Source: an uncultured Gemmatimonadales bacterium (lineage in GTDB: Bacteria > Gemmatimonadota > Gemmatimonadetes > Gemmatimonadales > GWC2-71-9). From it: a stretch of DNA of 64,000 bases. Under the pieces are notes generated by a model. It was given only the letters and a program-made list of their open reading frames with translations. It did no database searches and was not told the DNA's origin. Position 1 is the first letter of the stretch; each line of letters begins with the position of its first letter. Location of the stretch: assembly GCA_963821525.1 (NCBI GenBank), contig CAWGED010000018.1, forward strand, positions 259 through 64,258, written 5' to 3'. Positions 58,222 through 64,000 of this stretch are shown one piece after another. The position numbers and the translations under genes were made by a program.

Positions 58222-59364
58222 GTGAGCCCTCACGCGCCCAAGGCCCTCGCAACTTCGCTGTTTCAAAGGGTCTTTGCCAGTCAACCCACCGTCTTCGCTT
58301 CGGCGCCCGGGCGGGTGAATTTGATAGGGGAACACACCGACTACAATGGCGGGCCCGCCCTGCCTTTTGCGATCGAGCGGCGCACCGTCATAGCCGCCGC
58401 TCCAGCGCCGGCCTGGCAGGCGGTCTCGACCGTGGACGGCACGCCGCATCTCCTCGATCCGTCGGGACCTCCCGCCGGCGGGTGGACCGACTACCTGCGT
58501 GGCGTGATCAGGGTCCTGCAGCGGGAAAAACTGGCTCCGACCGGTGGCAGGATCGCGGTCGCCAGCTCCATCCCCATCGGCGCGGGACTCTCTTCTTCGG
58601 CCGCGCTCGCGGTAAGCCTCGCCAAGGCTCTCACCATGCTCTCCGGGCGAAGGGCGCCTCCGCCCCTCCTCGCCGAGCTTGCCTACCGAGCCGAACACGA
58701 TGAGGTCGGCGTGCGCTGTGGCCGGATGGACCAGACGATCGCCGCACTGGCGACCCGGGAGAGCGCGCTGCTGTTCGAATCAGCGACGGGCGAAGTGAGA
58801 CGGGTTCCACTGCTGGGACGGATCATCGTGATGGAGACCGGCGTCGAGCGGCGGCTGACCGATGGACAATACAACCAGCGCCGCAAGGAGTGCGAAGAAG
58901 CAATCAGTCTGCTTGCCGACCAGGAGCTTCACGTGCCATCGCTCGCGGCCATATCTCCGGAAGGCATGCCCCAGGTCGAGCGCCTGTTGCCTGTCCCCTG
59001 GTTGCTCCGGGCTCGCCACGTCGTGGGGGAGACCCAGCGCACCCGCACCGCCGCCTCGGCCCTCATGATGGGAGACCGAAATACTCTGGGCCGCATTCTC
59101 TTCGAGGGGCACGCATCACTGCGAGATAACTACCAGTGCAGCTGCCCCGAGGCGGATCTCCTGGTCGAGTCCGCGCGAACTCACGGCGCCATCGGCGCGC
59201 GACTCACCGGTGCCGGATGGGGAGGTGCCGTGATTCTGCTGACGCCTCCCGGCCACGAGGCACGAATCGTAGCCGAGGCCAGCGATGAGTTTCGGAAGGC
59301 CTTTGGAAGGTTTCCAGAGATCTGGCAGACGAGAGCGATGGGCGGGGTGAGGGCGGGCGGGTAG
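58222..59364 (+). CDS. galK: galactokinase
   Basis: APGRVNLIGEHTDYNGG and the GHMP motif PIGAGLSSSAAL. Confidence 0.9.
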   Translation: MSPHAPKALATSLFQRVFASQPTVFASAPGRVNLIGEHTDYNGGPALPFAIERRTVIAAAPAPAWQAVSTVDGTPHLLDPSGPPAGGWTDYLRGVIRVLQREKLAPTGGRIAVASSIPIGAGLSSSAALAVSLAKALTMLSGRRAPPPLLAELAYRAEHDEVGVRCGRMDQTIAALATRESALLFESATGEVRRVPLLGRIIVMETGVERRLTDGQYNQRRKECEEAISLLADQELHVPSLAAISPEGMPQVERLLPVPWLLRARHVVGETQRTRTAASALMMGDRNTLGRILFEGHASLRDNYQCSCPEADLLVESARTHGAIGARLTGAGWGGAVILLTPPGHEARIVAEASDEFRKAFGRFPEIWQTRAMGGVRAGG

Positions 59365-59368
59365 GCCA

Positions 59369-59564
59369 CAAAAGCGGGAAAAGGGAACAGGGAAAGCGGC
59401 GATACTGTGAAATTCACCTCATCCCGAGGAGCGAAGCGACGAGGGATCTAGCCTACCGGCCTACGCGCCTGACCCAGGACGGTAGATCCCTCGCTTCGCT
59501 CGGGATGAGGTGACTCGTGCTCGAGTCTTGCCCGCTCCGTTCCCCGTTCCCTGTTCCCGCTTTT
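59369..59564. repeat. composite palindrome with the full conserved core (59415-59512)
   Basis: Arms are AAAAGCGGGAAAAGGGAACAGGGAAAGCGG | CCCGCTCCGTTCCCCGTTCCCTGTTCCCGCTTTT. Core is CACCTCATCCCGAGGAGCGAAGCGACGAGGGATCTA ... TAGATCCCTCGCTTCGCTCGGGATGAGGTG. Confidence 0.8.
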
Positions 59565-60363
59565 AACTGTCCTCCCTTCCCATCCTCCACTTTATGAGCG
59601 CTGCCGCCAGTCCCGGCGCAATCCGGTTCAGCCAGAGCAGCGACCTCATCCATCGGGGCAAAACAAGTTCGCGTTTCCTTCCCTCCATCGCCTGCACGAT
59701 GAGCCGTGCCGCTTCAGCGGCTGGAAACGGTTGCGACCCGTGTCGTCGAGCCGAGTCTCCCATGGCGGTACCGGCTGGACCCACCGCATTCCGTCGCAGC
59801 GCTGTATCCCCGACCCAGTGCGGCAGCACCATCAGGATATCGGGCTTCCCGGGCTCCAGCTCCATCCGGAGCGAATCGAAGAAGCCATGCAGTGCATGCT
59901 TGGCGCCGGCGTAACCGGTGTGGAGCGGCACGCCGATCCGGCCCTGGAGCGAGGAGATGACGGTGATGAGTCCCTGGCTTTGACGCAGGTGGGGCAGAGC
60001 GGCGTGAGTGCAATAGACCGCAGAGAGATAGTTCACCGCGATGAGTCGCGCGAACAAGGTGGGATCGGTCACCTCGTCCAATCGGGCCCACATGCCCAGT
60101 CCGGCACAGAGCACCAGGTGATCGAGCCGCCCGAATTGATCGACGCTGCGCTGGATCAGGAGGCGGCATGAGCCGAGGTCGCTGAGGTCCCCCGGGAGGA
60201 TCAGCGCGTCGGGCTGCGAAGCAAGCTTGGCCGTTTCCTCGAGGCCCTTTACACTGCGCGCGGCGAGAACGAGCCGGAAACCTTGACCGGCAAGTGCGAC
60301 CGCCAGCTCCCGGCCGAGGCCGGACGAGGCGCCGGTAACAATCGCAACCGGCCCGCTTTCCAC
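59563..60363 (-). CDS. classical short-chain dehydrogenase/reductase (candidate acyl/alkyl-DHAP reductase)
   Basis: TGASSGLG and YAGAKHAL. The GTG start immediately follows the stop of the upstream flavoenzyme gene. Confidence 0.8.
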   Translation of the reverse strand: MESGPVAIVTGASSGLGRELAVALAGQGFRLVLAARSVKGLEETAKLASQPDALILPGDLSDLGSCRLLIQRSVDQFGRLDHLVLCAGLGMWARLDEVTDPTLFARLIAVNYLSAVYCTHAALPHLRQSQGLITVISSLQGRIGVPLHTGYAGAKHALHGFFDSLRMELEPGKPDILMVLPHWVGDTALRRNAVGPAGTAMGDSARRHGSQPFPAAEAARLIVQAMEGRKRELVLPRWMRSLLWLNRIAPGLAAALIKWRMGREDS

Positions 60364-62088
60364 CTAGCCGGCGCTCCCGCCCCGATCGAACGCGCTCACC
60401 ACCGGCTCGGCGAGTCCCCAGGCCTCGAGCGGGCGCTCCGATGGCAGGATCTTTCCCGGATTCATGATCGAGCGGGGATCGAGGCCCTCCTTGAGGGCTC
60501 GCACGGCGGTGACTCCCGCGGGACTGATGTCTTCGGTGATCCACGGCAGGTGCTCTGTTCCCACGGCGTGGTGATGAGAAAGCGTCGCCCCACCCGCAAG
60601 GAAAGAATCCTCCGCAGCCTTCTTGATGTAGAGATACTGCTCCAGTCCCCGATCGGCCTGCTGCAAACATCCGAAGGTGAAGTAGAGACTCGCGCCGGTG
60701 CGATAGGCGTGACTGACGTGGCAGCCCACGTAGGATTTCACCCCGGTGCGGCGAACGGCTGTCTCGATGGCGCTCAGGGTCGAGTGGTAGAGCGGCAGCA
60801 GGTTGCTCCAGACCGTCGCCGTCTCACTGACATCGGCCATCATGTTCCGGTCCATCACCCAGTCGCGGAGATAAGGGAAGTCGTATTTCCCGCGCTCGAA
60901 CGAACGGCCTGGTTCGGTGCCGAGGGCGAAACCGCCGTGGCGGCGATAGATCTCACTCACTCTGCGGTGAAGCTCGGGGCAAGTCTGCCGGTCTCCCTCG
61001 AAAACATTGAGCATCAGCGCCGAACGACTGAAATCGAAGTGTCTTACCCTCTTGAGATAGTTCTTGACCACTTTGCCGAGCAGTGCCTTGAGCGGCGGAG
61101 CCGCGGTCTTGTACGCGAATGACAGGGCGGTCTTGGCCGGGTCGTTGAGCCGGGTGACCGTCGGGATGCAGTCGGCTTCAACGCAGGCGCGGATGGCGTG
61201 GACTCCATCCTCGAAGTTCGGGAAGAGATATCCGTACGGCAGCCGGACCTCGGGAATCCGGTGCACCTGCATGATTGCTTCAGTGATCACGCCGAGTGTG
61301 CCCTCGCTGCCGATGCAGAAATGCTTGACGTCGATCCCGTTGGAAGAGCGGGGAACCGTGCGCGTCTCGATCGTGCCGCTCGGCGTCACCATGCGAAGAG
61401 CCACGACCATGTCTTCGATCTTGCCGTAGCGGTCGCTTTGCATGCCGGCCGAACGGGTCGCGATCCAGCCGCCCAGGGTCGAGAAGAGGAACGAGTCGGG
61501 GAAGTGGCCGAGGGTGAAGCCCTGCGCGTTGAGCTGCTGCTCCATGTGCGGGCCCATCACGCCGGCCTGGATCCGCGCCGTACCCGACACGGCGTCTACC
61601 TCCAGGACCCGGTCCATGCGGCGAAGGTCCAGTACGACGACCATCCGGCTTTCGTCATGAGCAGCCTCGACACAGCCCGCGATGTTGGACCCGGCCCCGA
61701 AGGGAATCAGGACCACGTCGTGGTCTGCGGCTGCGGCGACCAGCGTCGCCACCTCGGCCTCGTTCTCGGGGTAGATCACTCCATCCGGCGCCGCATCGAC
61801 GATTCCCCGGCGAAGGCGCCAGAGGTCCCGAAAGCTCTTGCCGTAGGCGTGGACCAGCCGTTCGCGTTTGGTGGTGGAGAAGCGCTCGCCGCCGAGCGAC
61901 GCATTGATGGCCGCACGGAATGCCGCGTTGGTTCTTGGAGGTGGGAGGGAGATGTCATCGAATGAAACGGGAGGCGTGCGTGTCGCCTCTCCGGTCATCC
62001 CAACGGAGTCCCGGATGAACGGCCAGAGCTCCGGCTTGTCGGAGATGTCAAACTCCGTCTGCTCGTCTCCCCAGCCCCACCATTTCAT
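60364..62088 (-). CDS. FAD-linked oxidase, alkyldihydroxyacetone-phosphate synthase-like
   Basis: MKWWGWGDE N-terminus, PCMH-type FAD domain VVLIPFGAGSNIAGC, long C-terminal cap. The start is taken at M36 of ORF 60364-62193. Confidence 0.75.
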   Translation of the reverse strand: MKWWGWGDEQTEFDISDKPELWPFIRDSVGMTGEATRTPPVSFDDISLPPPRTNAAFRAAINASLGGERFSTTKRERLVHAYGKSFRDLWRLRRGIVDAAPDGVIYPENEAEVATLVAAAADHDVVLIPFGAGSNIAGCVEAAHDESRMVVVLDLRRMDRVLEVDAVSGTARIQAGVMGPHMEQQLNAQGFTLGHFPDSFLFSTLGGWIATRSAGMQSDRYGKIEDMVVALRMVTPSGTIETRTVPRSSNGIDVKHFCIGSEGTLGVITEAIMQVHRIPEVRLPYGYLFPNFEDGVHAIRACVEADCIPTVTRLNDPAKTALSFAYKTAAPPLKALLGKVVKNYLKRVRHFDFSRSALMLNVFEGDRQTCPELHRRVSEIYRRHGGFALGTEPGRSFERGKYDFPYLRDWVMDRNMMADVSETATVWSNLLPLYHSTLSAIETAVRRTGVKSYVGCHVSHAYRTGASLYFTFGCLQQADRGLEQYLYIKKAAEDSFLAGGATLSHHHAVGTEHLPWITEDISPAGVTAVRALKEGLDPRSIMNPGKILPSERPLEAWGLAEPVVSAFDRGGSAG

Positions 62089-62740
62089 GTGGGTCGGTCC
62101 CGATGCCATGCTTGGCGCGCTCCCGCAGCTTGTGGACGCTCGTTTCGAGCTCTTCGGTGATGCGACGATAGGTAGCGAATGGTGTTTCGGCATCGCCCAT
62201 TGCGATCGGTTCTACCGGCGGGCCGAAGTGGACTTTGATATGACGGGGCCGCATGAACCAGTTGTTCTTGCGCCAGGCGCGGTAGGTCCCGTCGATGTAG
62301 GCCGGCACCAGCGGCAAGCCCAGCGTGGTCGAGACGACCGCCGGTCCCCGCTTGAACGGCTGCATCTCACCGGTGGGGGTCCGTGTCCCCTCAGGAAAAA
62401 TGATCAGCGCCCTGCCGCCCCCGTCCAGGAACCGCTTACACGCCTCGATGTGGGCCATCAACTGGCGCTGGGTCGCCCGCCGCTCCAGCGGAATCAGGTT
62501 GAACAGGAGGTTCGCGGCCGATTGCAGCCGGTTCCCGAAGAAGTAGTCCTGCGCCGCGACCATGGCGAAGTCGGTGAAGGGCCGCCCGCTCGCCAGCATG
62601 AGGGCGACCACGTCCATGTGACTCGCGTGGTTGCTGCACAGGATGAAGGGCCGGTCCGGGAGGTGTTCCTGCCCGAAGACATGCAACGGACAGTAGAGCC
62701 GGAACACCAGTCGGCTGAAGGCCTGAAACATCCAGGCCAT
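62048..62740 (-). CDS. PlsC/GPAT-family acyltransferase (candidate DHAP acyltransferase)
   Basis: HX4D block NHASHMD and FPEGTR block. Confidence 0.8.
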   Translation of the reverse strand: MAWMFQAFSRLVFRLYCPLHVFGQEHLPDRPFILCSNHASHMDVVALMLASGRPFTDFAMVAAQDYFFGNRLQSAANLLFNLIPLERRATQRQLMAHIEACKRFLDGGGRALIIFPEGTRTPTGEMQPFKRGPAVVSTTLGLPLVPAYIDGTYRAWRKNNWFMRPRHIKVHFGPPVEPIAMGDAETPFATYRRITEELETSVHKLRERAKHGIGTDPHEMVGLGRRADGV

Positions 62741-62743
62741 GTG

Positions 62744-63913
62744 CTACCTCCCGTACTTCACGTGGGCCAGGGCGAACTCGTTCGAGGCGATGGCGCCGCC
62801 CAGCGACAGCTCGAGCGCGAGCGCCGCGGCGCACACGATCTCGGCGAGACGCTTGGAGGAGCCGTCGCCGGTGCAACCGAGCAGCTCCAGGTTGCGGCGC
62901 TGGGCGGCGAGCCGGGTTCCCCCGCCCACCGTACCGACGCTGATCGAAGGCATGGAGAGCGTGGCGTACAGGTCGCCGCCATTCTGCACCTCGTAGTTCA
63001 CCAGGCCCAGACAATTCTCGACGACACAGGCCACGTCCTGCCCGGTGGCGAGGTAGATCGCGGCCAGCCCGTTGGCGACGTGCATGTTGAGCCCCATTAC
63101 CCCGGCCAGTTGAGAGGCGCGGGTGCACTGGGTCCACCCATCCACGAACGCCTGTGCGGTGGTGCGAACCACGCGACGGAGCGCCTTGGCCGAGACCATG
63201 GCACTCGCGATCACCTGGTGGCCCCGCCCGAGCAGCAGGGTACGGGCTGCGGGATTCTTATCGCCGTTGAAGTTGGACTCGATGAGGAAGCGGAAGGTCG
63301 AGCCCCGATAGTGCTCGCTGATGTAGTGGCAGGCCGCGTGACTCGCGAGGGTCACCATGTTCTGGCCGGCCGCGTCCGCCGTGTTGTAGACAAAGTCGAG
63401 TAGGACGCTGTTGTGCACGACATACTTGTCTACCCGGATCAGCTTCCCATGCCGCGTGGTCGACTCGGCCGCCCGGCGGATCGCGGGCATCTCGGCCTCG
63501 ATCCAGGTAAGGAACGGCTGACAGGCGTCTACGTCGGGGAAGATGAAGACGGGGCTGCGGGACACCTCCTGCTTCAGGTGGCGGGTCAGGATGCCGCCCG
63601 AGAGCGAGGTGAGATAGGCGCCGCGGGTCATCGAGATCGCCAGAGTTCCTTCCACCGTGCAGAGTGGCACGTAGTAGGTACCCTCCGCGTAGCTCCCGCG
63701 GACTACCAGCGGTCCGGCCACCGCGAGCGGCAGGCCGACGTAGCCGACGTGATTCTCGATGATCCCCTTGAGCTGTTCCGGAGGATCGGGAGGAAGTTCA
63801 TCCAGCATCACACCGGTCTTCTGCTCCAGCCAGGCACGGCGCAGCTCCATATCGGCTGCGGTATAGCCCCTGGGCAGGAGAGTAGACTGGGCGACGGGGG
63901 TCGTAGGTGGCAT
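62744..63913 (-). CDS. class-I-type HMG-CoA reductase-like protein (catalytic domain only)
   Basis: ENHVGYVGLP, DAAGQNM, YLATGQD, GTVGGGT and a C-terminal His (LAHVKYGR). Confidence 0.8.
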   Translation of the reverse strand: MPPTTPVAQSTLLPRGYTAADMELRRAWLEQKTGVMLDELPPDPPEQLKGIIENHVGYVGLPLAVAGPLVVRGSYAEGTYYVPLCTVEGTLAISMTRGAYLTSLSGGILTRHLKQEVSRSPVFIFPDVDACQPFLTWIEAEMPAIRRAAESTTRHGKLIRVDKYVVHNSVLLDFVYNTADAAGQNMVTLASHAACHYISEHYRGSTFRFLIESNFNGDKNPAARTLLLGRGHQVIASAMVSAKALRRVVRTTAQAFVDGWTQCTRASQLAGVMGLNMHVANGLAAIYLATGQDVACVVENCLGLVNYEVQNGGDLYATLSMPSISVGTVGGGTRLAAQRRNLELLGCTGDGSSKRLAEIVCAAALALELSLGGAIASNEFALAHVKYGR

Positions 63914-64000
63914 TTATTCGGACTGAGCAGGTGAGGCTGGAAGATAGCCTAGACGGCGGAGTGGCGGTAAGCCTGTCGCACGAGCGAAGGCGGAAGGCGG

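Noticed and set aside
59405-59418. A second Rex-like site, CTGTGAAATTCACC.
   Set aside because: The half-sites are spaced too closely (GTGAA-AT-TCAC) compared with TTGTGAA-N4-TTCACAA. It lies in a convergent intergenic repeat.

Overview
64-kb GC-rich (roughly two-thirds G+C by eye) chromosomal segment of a diderm bacterium. The phylum cannot be fixed without a database search; gene content and repeat style suggest Gemmatimonadota/Acidobacteriota-like lineages, which is inference only.

Layout:
(i) 1-12 kb is an accessory patchwork downstream of an intact tRNA-Val(CAC) (11887-11960, minus strand). It is punctuated by five same-orientation partial or degenerate copies of that tRNA. It holds a block of badly frame-broken genes (DUF486, DUF3237, two epoxide hydrolases), a cNOR nitric-oxide reductase operon (small TM ORF, norC-cytochrome c fusion, norB, norQ, norD), a His-rich membrane protein and a 52-aa GG-leader-like peptide ORF absent from the ORF track.
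(ii) 12-14.4 kb carries a heptose kinase and a Wzi-like outer-membrane protein (minus strand).
(iii) 14.8-56.5 kb is a 42-kb run of about 45 co-oriented housekeeping genes: obg, dprA, hemW, hrcA, dnaJ, prmA, rsmE, mutS2, dnaG, recJ, rsmD, coaD, pta, an RsbV/W/U-like partner-switching module, rsmA, rex with a perfect Rex box, arcA, infC-rpmI-rplT-pheST, zapA, rny, folD, xseAB, ispA, dxs, nadK, recN. The run is interrupted by a single opposite-strand four-helix-bundle (23S-IVS/Avd-like) gene.
(iv) 56.6-63.9 kb carries a frame-broken outer-membrane protein, galK, and a four-gene operon (HMG-CoA-reductase-like, PlsC/GPAT-like acyltransferase, alkyl-DHAP-synthase-like flavoenzyme, SDR) that looks like a complete eukaryote-style ether-lipid pathway.

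The most striking non-genic signal is in the intergenic gaps. In the 14-60 kb part, about 13 of 15 gaps longer than 60 nt are filled by long imperfect palindromes whose arms are tandem 7-nt words. The word differs between loci, and three of the palindromes share a ~98-nt conserved hairpin core.

Caveat: about 20 or more reading-frame breaks occur in otherwise conserved genes. They are dense in the first 4 kb and also hit norB, mutS2, dnaG and recN, and several lie at short homopolymers. Indel sequencing or assembly error is therefore a serious alternative to biology. No rRNA, CRISPR array, integrase or transposase was recognised.
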